From Candidatus Limnocylindrales bacterium (GTDB lineage Bacteria; Chloroflexota; Limnocylindria; Limnocylindrales; CSP1-4), in contig JBBQFS010000001.1 in the NCBI GenBank assembly GCA_038322255.1, positions 11,729-75,728 of the forward strand: DNA of 64,000 nucleotides, written 5' to 3'. This document shows positions 39,024 through 47,879 of the stretch, piece by piece (position 1 is the first letter of the stretch; each line of letters begins with the position of its first letter). The position numbers were made by a program, and so were the translations under genes. The notes beneath the pieces are model-generated. The model had not been told where the DNA came from, searched no databases, and saw only the letters and a program-made list of their open reading frames with translations.

Positions 39024-40013
39024 CTAGGGACGCCGGGCGCGGTTGGCCGAGCGGGCCACGAGGTCGCGAGCCAGATCGCGCGGCGCGATTCGTGGCCCAT
39101 AGCGCGGCGGCATGATCCCCGACGACTCGAGGAGGCGGACCACCCGCGCCCGGTGCCCGGCCCACGGCGCGAGCAGCTTGAGCATCTCCTCGTCCGTGCC
39201 GCGCGGCGCCCCCGTCAGCGCGAATGCCACGACGTGCGACAGGTGCGCATCACCGACGCTCACCGCGTCGGGGTCCCCGAGCGCCCGGAGCGTGACCTCG
39301 GCGACCGTCCACGGCCCGATGCCGGGCTGGGCCCGCAACGCCGCGGCCACGGCGGCGGTTTGGGCGCCGCCTCCGCCAGTGGCGCGGGCCGCCTCGCCGA
39401 GGGCCTCGAAGCGGGCGCTGTCGCGGGCGATCCGGCGGAGGAGCGTGCCGCGTCGCGGTTCGATACCGAGCTCGGTCAGGGTCCACGAAGGCTGTGCGGC
39501 GATGGTCGCGGGCGTCGGTGGCAGCCACAGCCCGAGCGGGCCGGGCGCCACCACGCCGTGTGCCCGGACCAGGCGCCGGTAGTTGCGCCACGCCTCGGTG
39601 CCCGTGATGCGCTGCTCGAGGATCGCCGGCAGGAGCGCCTCCCAGACCGCGCCGGTGCGGCCGAGTCGGACGCGGCCATGGCGCCGCGCGAGCCGCGCGA
39701 CGACGGGATGGTGCCCCGGCTCGAAGCCCGCGTCGTCGTCGTCCTGGGCCAGCGCAGCGGGCAGGCCGTCGAGCAGCCGCGCCGCTCCCGGCCCCCAGGC
39801 CCACGCCCGAGCGACGAGTCCATCCAGCCGGATCTCGATCGCCCCCGGGCCGTCGGGCGTCACCGAGGCGCGAATCGCCGCCGCCGCCGCGACCCGGATC
39901 GTGGGGTCGCCGGCACCGCGGACGAGCGGGCCCAGGACGGCCCGCAGGTCGAGTGGCGCATCCAGCTGGAGGGACCGGGCCGCTGCGCCGGCGCGGGCGT
40001 CGACGATGCCCAT
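39024..40013 (-). CDS. AlkA-like DNA glycosylase (AlkA N-terminal domain plus HhH-GPD)
   Basis: ATG at 40013. HhH-GPD region (LRAQPGIGPWTVAEVTLRALGDPDAVSVGDAHL). Second AlkA-family paralogue in the window. Confidence 0.7.
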   Translation of the reverse strand: MGIVDARAGAAARSLQLDAPLDLRAVLGPLVRGAGDPTIRVAAAAAIRASVTPDGPGAIEIRLDGLVARAWAWGPGAARLLDGLPAALAQDDDDAGFEPGHHPVVARLARRHGRVRLGRTGAVWEALLPAILEQRITGTEAWRNYRRLVRAHGVVAPGPLGLWLPPTPATIAAQPSWTLTELGIEPRRGTLLRRIARDSARFEALGEAARATGGGGAQTAAVAAALRAQPGIGPWTVAEVTLRALGDPDAVSVGDAHLSHVVAFALTGAPRGTDEEMLKLLAPWAGHRARVVRLLESSGIMPPRYGPRIAPRDLARDLVARSANRARRP

Positions 40014-40099
40014 CACGCGATGGCATCCGCGCTTCGAGAACGTTGCAACAGGCGGCTTCTTCCCGCTGCCGGGCAAGCTGGGGTAAGGTTCGCCCTGAC

Positions 40100-40696
40100 G
40101 TGCGACTCCCAAGGGTCGTCGCGCGCGCCGTGCTCATCGCGGCGCTCGCCTCGGTCGCCGTCCCTGGTCTCGTTGGCTCGCGTATCCCAAGCGTCCCTGC
40201 AGCCATCGATCCGTCGGCCTTTCGCGAGGTCGATGCCGATCAACCGGTGACGGATACGACGACCCCCTTGTTCGATCCCCAGGCGCGATCCGCGGGAAGG
40301 CTGAATGCCGATGCCGTGCTCGGCGAGCCGGCGGCAGCCCCAGTCGGTCTCGTCGCGCCCCGGCCCCTCGCGAAGCTGCCGGCCGCCAAGTCGATCGTCC
40401 AGGAAACCTGGAAGCTCGATTCGAATATCAGTTGGTACGGGCCGGGCTTCTACGGCAACAACGGCGCATGCGGGATGATCCCCGGCGGACTCCAGTCCGA
40501 CACGGTCGGCGTGGCCCACCGCACGCTCCCGTGCGGCACGAAGGTGACGTTCCGGTACAACGGCAGGACCGTAATGACGAGGGTCATCGACCGAGGGCCC
40601 TACGTCGCGGGTCGCACCTGGGACATGACCCACGGGCTGTGCGCCCTCCTCGGACATTGCTTTACCGGCGGAGGGGTCTACTACAGGATCGGGTAG
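40100..40696 (+). CDS. RlpA-like double-psi beta-barrel (DPBB) domain protein, secreted
   Basis: GTG at 40100, then a signal-like segment (VVARAVLIAALASVAVPG). DPBB motifs (ISWYGPGFYGNNGACGM, HRTLPCGTKVTFRYNGRTVMTRVIDRGP). Confidence 0.65.
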   Translation: MRLPRVVARAVLIAALASVAVPGLVGSRIPSVPAAIDPSAFREVDADQPVTDTTTPLFDPQARSAGRLNADAVLGEPAAAPVGLVAPRPLAKLPAAKSIVQETWKLDSNISWYGPGFYGNNGACGMIPGGLQSDTVGVAHRTLPCGTKVTFRYNGRTVMTRVIDRGPYVAGRTWDMTHGLCALLGHCFTGGGVYYRIG

Positions 40697-40727
40697 CGAC
40701 ACGGCGGTCGCGAGTATCCTCGGGCCC

Positions 40728-42107
40728 GTGAACCGCTGGAGCACGATCATCGAGCCGTTCAGGATCCACTCCGTGGAGCCCATCCGGCTCACGACCGTCG
40801 AGCAGCGGGACGCGGCGCTCGAGACGGCCGGGTTCAACCTGTTCAACCTCCACGCCGACGACGTCCTCATCGATCTCCTGACCGATTCTGGCACCGGCGC
40901 CATGTCGCGTGACCAGTGGGCCGCCATCCAGCACGGCGACGAGAGCTACGCCGGCTCGCCATCGTGGTTCGCGTTCCTCGAGAGCGTCCAATCGCTGTTC
41001 CCGTTCAAGCACGTGATCCCGACGCACCAGGGCCGGGCGGCCGAGAAGATCCTGTTCAGCGTCCTCGGCGGCCCGGGCAAGGCGGTACCGAACAACACCC
41101 ACTTCGACACGACCCGCGCGAACGTGGAGGCGACTGGCGCGGAGGCGATCGACCTCGTGATCCCCGAGGGTCGAGACCCGTCGTTCGTTCATCCCTTCAA
41201 GGGCAACATGGACGTCGAGGCGCTGGATCGCTTCCTGGCGGAGCGTCAGGGCAACGTGCCAGTCGTCTTCGTGACCGTCACGAACAACTCGGGTGGCGGG
41301 CAGCCCGTGTCGCTCGAGAACCTGCGGGCCGTCCGCGGCGTCTGCGATCGGCATGGCGTGCCGCTCTTCCTCGACGCGTGCCGGTTCGCCGAGAACGCGT
41401 GGTTCATCAAGCTCCGCGAGCCGGGCCAGGGCGACCGCTCGATCCCCGACATCGTGCGCGACATGGCGACCCTGGCCGACGGCATGACGATGTCGGCGAA
41501 GAAGGACGGGCTGGCCAACATCGGCGGCTGGCTCGCGGTCAATGATGACGCGCTGGCCGAGCAGTGCCGGAACCTGCTCATCCTGACCGAGGGCTTCCTG
41601 ACCTACGGCGGCCTCGCCGGCCGCGACCTCGAGGCCATCGCCCAGGGCCTTCGCGAGGTCGTCGACGAGGACTATCTGCGCTACCGCATCCGCTCGACCG
41701 CCTACCTTGGCGAAGCGCTGGATCGCGCCGGCGTGCCGCTGGTCAAGCCGTTCGGCGGGCATGCGGTCTACCTCGACGCGCGGGCCCTCCTGCCGCATCT
41801 CACGCCGCTGGAGTACCCCGGCCAGGCGCTGGCGATCGCGCTCTACCGCGAGGGCGGGATCCGGGGCTGTGAGATCGGCACGGTCATGTTCGGGCGCCGG
41901 CCGGACGGGACGGAGTCAGCCGCGGCGATGGACCTGGTGCGGCTCGCGATCCCGCGGCGGACGTATACCCAGAGCCATATCGACTACGTGATCGAGGTCG
42001 TGCGCCACGTCGCCGAGCGCGCCTCGACCCTGCGCGGGCTCCGGATCGTCGAGCAGCCAGCGGCCCTGCGGCATTTCACCGCGAGGTTCGAAGCGATCAA
42101 GGCGTGA
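40728..42107 (+). CDS. Beta-eliminating lyase family: tryptophanase or tyrosine phenol-lyase
   Basis: GTG start. Family-wide match (IIEPFRIHSVEPIRLTT..., DSGTGAMS, PLP-lysine region SAKKDGLANIGGWLAV). Confidence 0.8.
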   Translation: MNRWSTIIEPFRIHSVEPIRLTTVEQRDAALETAGFNLFNLHADDVLIDLLTDSGTGAMSRDQWAAIQHGDESYAGSPSWFAFLESVQSLFPFKHVIPTHQGRAAEKILFSVLGGPGKAVPNNTHFDTTRANVEATGAEAIDLVIPEGRDPSFVHPFKGNMDVEALDRFLAERQGNVPVVFVTVTNNSGGGQPVSLENLRAVRGVCDRHGVPLFLDACRFAENAWFIKLREPGQGDRSIPDIVRDMATLADGMTMSAKKDGLANIGGWLAVNDDALAEQCRNLLILTEGFLTYGGLAGRDLEAIAQGLREVVDEDYLRYRIRSTAYLGEALDRAGVPLVKPFGGHAVYLDARALLPHLTPLEYPGQALAIALYREGGIRGCEIGTVMFGRRPDGTESAAAMDLVRLAIPRRTYTQSHIDYVIEVVRHVAERASTLRGLRIVEQPAALRHFTARFEAIKA

Positions 42108-42108
42108 T

Positions 42109-44313
42109 CTAGGCGCTGGCGGGTGCCGCCGAGGCCGGGGCGCTTGACGCGTCGGGCTCGCGGTCGAAGACGTGGACCGTGTCGTCGGCCGTGGGCGCCA
42201 CGTCGAACTCGTCGACGTACGCCGGAATGCTGAATCCGAATTCGGCGCCCTTGCCGGGCCGCGGCCTGGCCCAGATCCGGCCGCCCATCGTCGCTACGAG
42301 CTCGCGGCATACGAACAGCCCGATGCCGGCGCCGGGGGCGATCGAGGCATTCTTCGCCGACCGGTAGTAGAGCCCGAACAGTCGATCGCCGTCGTCCTCC
42401 GCGATCCCAGGGCCATCGTCGCGGACGTGGATGAGCACCTCGCCCTCCCCGTCCTCGACGCTGACCTCGACGGTCGAGCCGGCGCCGCTGTACTTCGCGG
42501 CATTCGAGAGGAGGTTGCGCATGATCTGGGCGAGGTATTCCTCGTCCGCAGCGACCATCTGGACCGGGCCGTTCGAGGCGAGCTTGATCGTGACCTCGGG
42601 CCACAGGCCCCGCTCGCGCTCCACGAGCTGCTTGATGATCCGGTCGATCAGGACCGGCCGGACGCCGCCGAAATCGCCGCCGCGCTCGATGCGGGCCATC
42701 GCGACGAGGTTCTCGATCATCCGCTGCAGCCGCTCGGCCTCTGCCGCGACGCTCACGAGGAGCTCGTTGCGCGTCTCCGGATCGAGCCTCGTGCCGCGGC
42801 CCAGCAACAGCTGCGTCCCGCCGTAGATCGAGGTCACCGGCGTCCGCAGCTCATGCGACAGGACGCCGAGGAAGCGGTCCCGGATCAGGTCGGCTTCGTG
42901 GCGCCAGGTGACGTCCGAGATGACGGCGACCTGGAACGGCCGACCGTCGAGCTCGAACGTGCTGCGCGCGATCTCGGCCGGGAAGTGGGTGCCATCGATG
43001 CGCCGCCCGGTCGTCTCCGAACGGAAGACCGGTCGCTCGCCGGACGTCGTCGGCGTCTCGTCCTTGTGGAGGGCAACCAGGTCGCTGAGCGCCATGCCGA
43101 TCAACCGATCGACGTTACAGCCGTACAGCTCGGCGGCCTGGCGGGTCGCCCAGGACACCCGGCTCTCCTCGTCGAGGGCGAGGATTGCGTTGGGGTCCGC
43201 CTCGAGGAGCGCCCGGAAGCGGGCCTCGCTCGCTCGAACAGTCCGCGATTCCTCGGCTTCGCGGCGGGCCTCGCCCAGCCCGATAAGCATCTCCTCGCGA
43301 TCGATGGCATGCGCGGTCAGCGACGCGAGGTCGGCGAGCAGGGCCACGTCGTCGTCGACGAAGAGCGGCCGCCCTTCGATCTCGGCGATGAGGCGCTCCG
43401 TCGTGTCGCTGTCCGGCCGGACGGCAAGCTCGACCCTGGACGCGGTCGCTGCGGTGACCGCGGATCCCGGCCCTTCCGCGGCGGCGGACAGCACGGCGGG
43501 CCCCAGCACCCGGTCGCCAACCACGGCCAGTGCCGGGCCGGGCGACCGCGGCAGGATCGTGACGCGGCTGGCCCCGAGGATCTCGCGCGCGGTCGTCGCG
43601 AGGTCGGCCCAGAGGCTGACGGTGCTCACCTCGGCAGGCGGGGCGACGAGCTTGCGGACCAGCTGGAAGGACGCGGCGCGATTGATGGACCCGCGGAACC
43701 ACGCGGGCGGTACGAACGCGGCGAAATAGCCCAAAGCTGCGACCAACGCGAGCGCCCGGCTGACCGCCGTGACGTCTGCGGTCGACGCTCCAGGGCCACG
43801 GGCGACCCCGACGAGCCCGGCGATGAGGATGGCGGCAGCGAACAGACCGGTGGCGATTGCCGCCGCGGCGAGGCGAATGCGGGCGACGCCGTAGCGCCGG
43901 CGGCTGTCCCGGGCGAACCAGGCGGCGGCGCCGATCTCGGCAGCGAAGAAGTAGACCACGGCAAAGACCGTGCCAATCGCTTGGAAGCCCGTGTCGCGCA
44001 GGAAGGTCACGGCGGCCCACGCGGCCACCGCGCCGACGAGGGCGGCGAGCGAGATCCGGTTCGGGATCGAATGGATCTGCCCAATCAGGCGGATCACGAA
44101 CAACGGCTGCGCGAACAGGATGCCCACGAGCACCGGCCTGGCCACCGGCGCCAGCGCCGGCACGAGCGCATTCAGGAAGTTGAGGGCGAACAGCGCCGAG
44201 AACGACCCAAAGATGACCATGACCGAAAGCTCGAGCGGGCCTCGGTGCCGCAGGTATCGCCAGAGGCTGGCGCCGAAGAGGAGGTAGAACGCGACCTGAA
44301 GCGCCGCCGTCAT
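42109..44313 (-). CDS. Multi-domain sensor histidine kinase (polytopic membrane N-domain, GAF-like, PAS, HisKA, HATPase_c); orphan (no adjacent response regulator)
   Basis: ATG at 44313. About 6 TM helices. PAS (LLEADPNAILALDEESRVSW). H-box HELRTPVTSI. N/G boxes (LLSNAAKYS, DDGPGIAEDD, GAGIGLFVCRELV). Confidence 0.85.
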   Translation of the reverse strand: MTAALQVAFYLLFGASLWRYLRHRGPLELSVMVIFGSFSALFALNFLNALVPALAPVARPVLVGILFAQPLFVIRLIGQIHSIPNRISLAALVGAVAAWAAVTFLRDTGFQAIGTVFAVVYFFAAEIGAAAWFARDSRRRYGVARIRLAAAAIATGLFAAAILIAGLVGVARGPGASTADVTAVSRALALVAALGYFAAFVPPAWFRGSINRAASFQLVRKLVAPPAEVSTVSLWADLATTAREILGASRVTILPRSPGPALAVVGDRVLGPAVLSAAAEGPGSAVTAATASRVELAVRPDSDTTERLIAEIEGRPLFVDDDVALLADLASLTAHAIDREEMLIGLGEARREAEESRTVRASEARFRALLEADPNAILALDEESRVSWATRQAAELYGCNVDRLIGMALSDLVALHKDETPTTSGERPVFRSETTGRRIDGTHFPAEIARSTFELDGRPFQVAVISDVTWRHEADLIRDRFLGVLSHELRTPVTSIYGGTQLLLGRGTRLDPETRNELLVSVAAEAERLQRMIENLVAMARIERGGDFGGVRPVLIDRIIKQLVERERGLWPEVTIKLASNGPVQMVAADEEYLAQIMRNLLSNAAKYSGAGSTVEVSVEDGEGEVLIHVRDDGPGIAEDDGDRLFGLYYRSAKNASIAPGAGIGLFVCRELVATMGGRIWARPRPGKGAEFGFSIPAYVDEFDVAPTADDTVHVFDREPDASSAPASAAPASA

Positions 44314-44546
44314 CGGGTCCACCCTGCCTGAGAGCCTCCGCCTGCGAGCGCCCAGCCGTCGTTTCACGGACTCCCGCTGCCCGACGGGCGCTGACGTGAT
44401 CGCCGGTCTTTGCGCCCCGCGAATAACGTCGACATTACAGCTCTGGCCCGGAATCGGCCTCGCCACGAACGCCCGGAAGGCTTTCCGATGCCTCCCGCAC
44501 CGCTCCCCGGGGCCGGTCCGAGGCGGGCGCTGGTACGCTCCGGGGC

Positions 44547-44843
44547 ATGTGTCGAAGCATCAGGACCCTCCGCCATCAGGACGACGCCGCGACGACCGGC
44601 GAGGTCGAGGCCGCCGCGCGCCAGTACGTGCGCAAGGTCAGCGGCTTCCGCCAGCCGTCGGCCCGCAACACCGAGGCCTTCGAGGCTGCCATCGCCGAGA
44701 TCGCGGCCGCCTCGCAACGGCTCATCCTGGCCGTCGGCGGCGACGTCGAGCCCGGGCCCGATCGACGCCCGCCGTCCCGACCCCGGATCGAGCGTGAGCA
44801 CGATCACGGGCACGTCCACCCGCACGCCGCCAGCCCCGCCTGA
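44547..44843 (+). CDS. DUF2277-like small protein (98 aa)
   Basis: MCRSIRTLRHQDDAATTGEVEAAARQYVRKVSGFRQPSARNTEAFEAAIAEIAAASQRL resembles the conserved MCRNI...AA.QYVRK.SG...PS N-terminus of DUF2277 proteins, as I recall it. Confidence 0.5.
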   Translation: MCRSIRTLRHQDDAATTGEVEAAARQYVRKVSGFRQPSARNTEAFEAAIAEIAAASQRLILAVGGDVEPGPDRRPPSRPRIEREHDHGHVHPHAASPA

Positions 44844-44871
44844 CCGCCCGCAACCCGGGCCGCTGACGAGG

Positions 44872-45762
44872 ATGCGCGCGTCGCCCGACGAGGCAGCCCA
44901 GATACCGCTCGCCCCCGAGCTCCCGACCCGCCACGTCACCAGCACCAAGATCGTCGCGATCCGCGGCTCCGAGCTCGAGGTGCGCGACGACCTGGTCGTC
45001 GGCGAGGAGCCCCTCGAGATTCTCGCCGCCGGTCCCCGCCAGGAGGCGGTCCAGGTGGCGGTCACGATGCGCACCCCCGGCCACGAGGAGGACCTCGCGA
45101 TCGGCTTCCTCATGAGCGAGGGCCTGCTCGCGGGCAACGAGGTCAAGAGCGTTCAGTACGGCGACCCCGGGGTCATGGCCGAGCCCGACGACAGTGTCCT
45201 CGTCCGCCTGGCTCGGCGTTTCGACCCATCGCTCGTGGCCCAACGGAACTTCGTGGCCACGGCCTCGTGCGGCATCTGCGGCAAGGCCTCCATCGACGAC
45301 GTCGCGATCCGGTGCGAGCCGCTGCCAGAGAACCTGCCCGTCATCGCCCGGTCAGTCATTGCGTCGCTGCCGGATTCGCTGCGCGCGGCGCAGGCAGCCT
45401 TCGACCGAACCGGCGGGCTCCACGCGGCGGGCCTGTTCGAGACCGACGGTCGCGCCGTCGCCGTTCGTGAGGACGTGGGCCGACACAACGCGCTCGACAA
45501 GCTGATCGGCTCGCGATTGCGGGCCCGCGAGCTGCCGCTCTGGGATCGGCTTTTGATGGTTTCGGGCCGGGTGAGCTTCGAGATCGTGCAGAAGGCCGCG
45601 ATGGCCGGCATCCCGATGATCTGCGCCGTGTCGGCCCCGTCCGATCTCGCGGTCCGGCTCGCAGATCGCCTCGGTGTGACGCTCATCGGCTTCCTGCGCG
45701 GCGACGGCTTCAACGTCTACACCCACGACGGCCGCGTCGACCTTCGCGACCTCATGCGCTGA
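44872..45762 (+). CDS. fdhD: Formate dehydrogenase accessory sulfurtransferase FdhD
   Basis: Motifs VTMRTPGHEEDLAIGFLMSEGL, ATASCGICGKASID, DVGRHNALDKLIG and MVSGRVSFEIVQKAAMAGIPMICAVSAPS. Confidence 0.85.
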   Translation: MRASPDEAAQIPLAPELPTRHVTSTKIVAIRGSELEVRDDLVVGEEPLEILAAGPRQEAVQVAVTMRTPGHEEDLAIGFLMSEGLLAGNEVKSVQYGDPGVMAEPDDSVLVRLARRFDPSLVAQRNFVATASCGICGKASIDDVAIRCEPLPENLPVIARSVIASLPDSLRAAQAAFDRTGGLHAAGLFETDGRAVAVREDVGRHNALDKLIGSRLRARELPLWDRLLMVSGRVSFEIVQKAAMAGIPMICAVSAPSDLAVRLADRLGVTLIGFLRGDGFNVYTHDGRVDLRDLMR

Positions 45763-45829
45763 GTCGGCCCAGGAACCACCCGACGTCATTCCAGGACACG
45801 CACCTCTGCCGGATCGGGCGGCGAAGCCC

Positions 45830-46681
45830 TCAGGGGCCGAGCGCGAGCGAGGCCTCCACCAGGCAGTGATCGCCCCGTGGCGGGCAGTCGATCGAGGTGC
45901 TGGTGGGGACCAGCTCCGGGCTAGAGAGGATCAGGTCGATCCGGAGCAGGCCGATCCCGAGGAAGGCGAACTGGCCGGGTCGCCAGCTCCATCCGGGTCC
46001 GATACCGGCCACGGCGTGGGCGTCGTTCAGGCCGTTCGTGAGCCGTCCGAACGCCGGCTCGGTCGGGGTCGTGTTGAAGTCGCCGATCAGCAGGACCCGA
46101 TCGCCGCCGGCCTCCAGCTCGAGAGCTCGGGCCCTGATCAGGCCGAGGTCGGCGTTGCGCTGGATCGGGTCATAGCCAGACGGGATCCAGGCCACGCGCT
46201 CGATCAGCGCCGGGAATGGATGGGCACCGAGGACGACGAGCTCCCCGTCGGGCAGGTTCACCCGGGTCTCGAGCCGCACCGGATCCTGCCTGTAGTCAGA
46301 CGACAGGATCGGGTAGACGCTGAGGAGGCCGATGCCGGTCACGCCTTCGGTCGGTGACATCGCCCGATAGGGATAGCGGTCCAGCAACGTTGGGTCGGAT
46401 TCGATCGCGGCCGCGACCGGCGGCGTCAGCTCCTCCAGGACGACCAGGTCGACCGGGTGCGGCAGCAGCATCGCGATCGCGTCGGGGCCGACCCGCGCGC
46501 CGGCCTCCAGGTTCCAGGTTGCGACGTCGACGTGCCTGCCGATCCCCGAGGTCGCAACCGATGGCGACCACCATTCGCCGCCAAAGCGAAGGCCGAAGAC
46601 CGCGGCGACGAGCAGCAGCGCCAGCCCAAGCGCTCTCGATCGAGTGAGCGCCGCGACGGGGAGGAGGACGAGGCCGGCCAA
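45830..46681 (-). CDS. Endonuclease/exonuclease/phosphatase (EEP) family protein with N-terminal TM segment
   Basis: TTG start at 46681. EEP motifs (VATWNLE, VVLEEL, LIGDFNTTP, DHCLV). Confidence 0.75.
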   Translation of the reverse strand: MAGLVLLPVAALTRSRALGLALLLVAAVFGLRFGGEWWSPSVATSGIGRHVDVATWNLEAGARVGPDAIAMLLPHPVDLVVLEELTPPVAAAIESDPTLLDRYPYRAMSPTEGVTGIGLLSVYPILSSDYRQDPVRLETRVNLPDGELVVLGAHPFPALIERVAWIPSGYDPIQRNADLGLIRARALELEAGGDRVLLIGDFNTTPTEPAFGRLTNGLNDAHAVAGIGPGWSWRPGQFAFLGIGLLRIDLILSSPELVPTSTSIDCPPRGDHCLVEASLALGP

Positions 46682-46829
46682 GGCCAGGTGCGGCGCGATG
46701 AGCTGGGCAATCGCGATCGGCCCGCCGTCGAACGGCGCGACGGCTCCGCTGGCGAGCAGGGCGCCGACGATCGAGGCGTAGGCGACGCCCAGGCGAGCGA
46801 CGCGCCCCGCCCGAGACGAGCGCGGCAGG

Positions 46830-47879
46830 TCAGTCCCGGCGTGCGTTCGTGAACTCGAAGCCGAAGCGGCCCTTGATGCAGAGGTGGCCTTCGGTTACGG
46901 TCGAATCCATCGGCGAGGTGACCTTCACGATCGTGTTGTCCTGGACGTGGAGGTCGATCGCGCAGCCGACGCCGCAGTACGGGCAGATCGTCTGGGTCAT
47001 CGTCTGGGCCGACTCGTCCCACGTGCCTGCCTCGCGCATGTCGTACTCCGACTTGAACATCAGCGCACCCGTCGGACAGACGCCGATGCAATTGCCGCAG
47101 TAGACGCAGGCCGAATCGGGCAGGGGCGCGTCCCACTCCGTGGAGATTCGGGCATCAAAGCCGCGGCCCGCGACGGCGATCGCGAACGTGTTCTGGGCGT
47201 CCTCGCCACAGGCCTCGACGCACTTGTAGCAGAGGATGCACTTCGAGTAGTCACGCACGTAGAGGTTGTTATCGACCTTCACCGGCTGGGCGACGGACTC
47301 GGCCACGGACGCTTCTGGGCCGGCGGGGGCGTGGTGATGCCCGGGATCACGGTCATCGCGTTCGTGCGCGGCGGCGGAGCGAGCCGGCGGCCCGAATCTC
47401 AAAGGGTCGGCGCCGTACCGCGCCGCGTAGCGGGCCGCGTCGCCATCGGGCTCGCGAGGACCGGCGAGCGAGAGGTCGACCGACGAGCCGAGGAACTCGA
47501 GCACCACCTTCCGCGAGTGCTGGACGCGCTCGGATTCGGTCTGGATCTCCATGCCCTCCTCGACGCGGCGCGAGCACGCGGGAGCGAGCACGCGCGCCCC
47601 CTTGACCTCGACGACGCACACGCGACAGACGTTCACGGGAGTGAGATTCTCGAGGTAGCACAGGGTCGGGATGTCGAGGCCCTGGGCCCGGCAGGCGTCG
47701 AGGATGGTCGAGCCGGCGGGCACTTCGACCGCGACGCCGTCGATCGAGAGGCTGAGCCGCGCTGGGAGGGCGGCCGGCGGCGGGCCGGGGATGCGCGTCG
47801 CCCGGGCCGGCGGCGTCGTGTAGACGATGCCTGGTGGCGCCGTGTCCACCGCTCCCGGTTGCTGGGGGTCGTGGGTCAC
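46830..47879 (-). CDS. Formate dehydrogenase alpha subunit, N-terminal electron-transfer fragment (2Fe-2S ferredoxin-like, 2x[4Fe-4S] and the MopB-type CPYCGVGC cluster region), ending where the catalytic domain proper begins
   Basis: A GTG at 47879 overlaps the fdsB TGA (GTGA). Motifs: 2Fe-2S region LSIDGVAVEVPAGSTILDAC...CYLENLTPVNVCRVCVV; ferredoxin CxxCxxC (CILCYKCVEAC, CVYCGNCIGVCP); and TICPYCGVGCAIDLHV...GHLCIKGRFGFEF. Stop after ...FTNARRD. 349 aa. Confidence 0.8.
   Translation of the reverse strand: MTHDPQQPGAVDTAPPGIVYTTPPARATRIPGPPPAALPARLSLSIDGVAVEVPAGSTILDACRAQGLDIPTLCYLENLTPVNVCRVCVVEVKGARVLAPACSRRVEEGMEIQTESERVQHSRKVVLEFLGSSVDLSLAGPREPDGDAARYAARYGADPLRFGPPARSAAAHERDDRDPGHHHAPAGPEASVAESVAQPVKVDNNLYVRDYSKCILCYKCVEACGEDAQNTFAIAVAGRGFDARISTEWDAPLPDSACVYCGNCIGVCPTGALMFKSEYDMREAGTWDESAQTMTQTICPYCGVGCAIDLHVQDNTIVKVTSPMDSTVTEGHLCIKGRFGFEFTNARRD

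Noticed and set aside
42172-44331. 719-aa plus-strand ORF overlapping the multisensor histidine kinase
   Set aside because: The kinase on the minus strand carries H-box and ATPase motifs. The plus-strand frame is Arg/Asp/Glu-rich low complexity.
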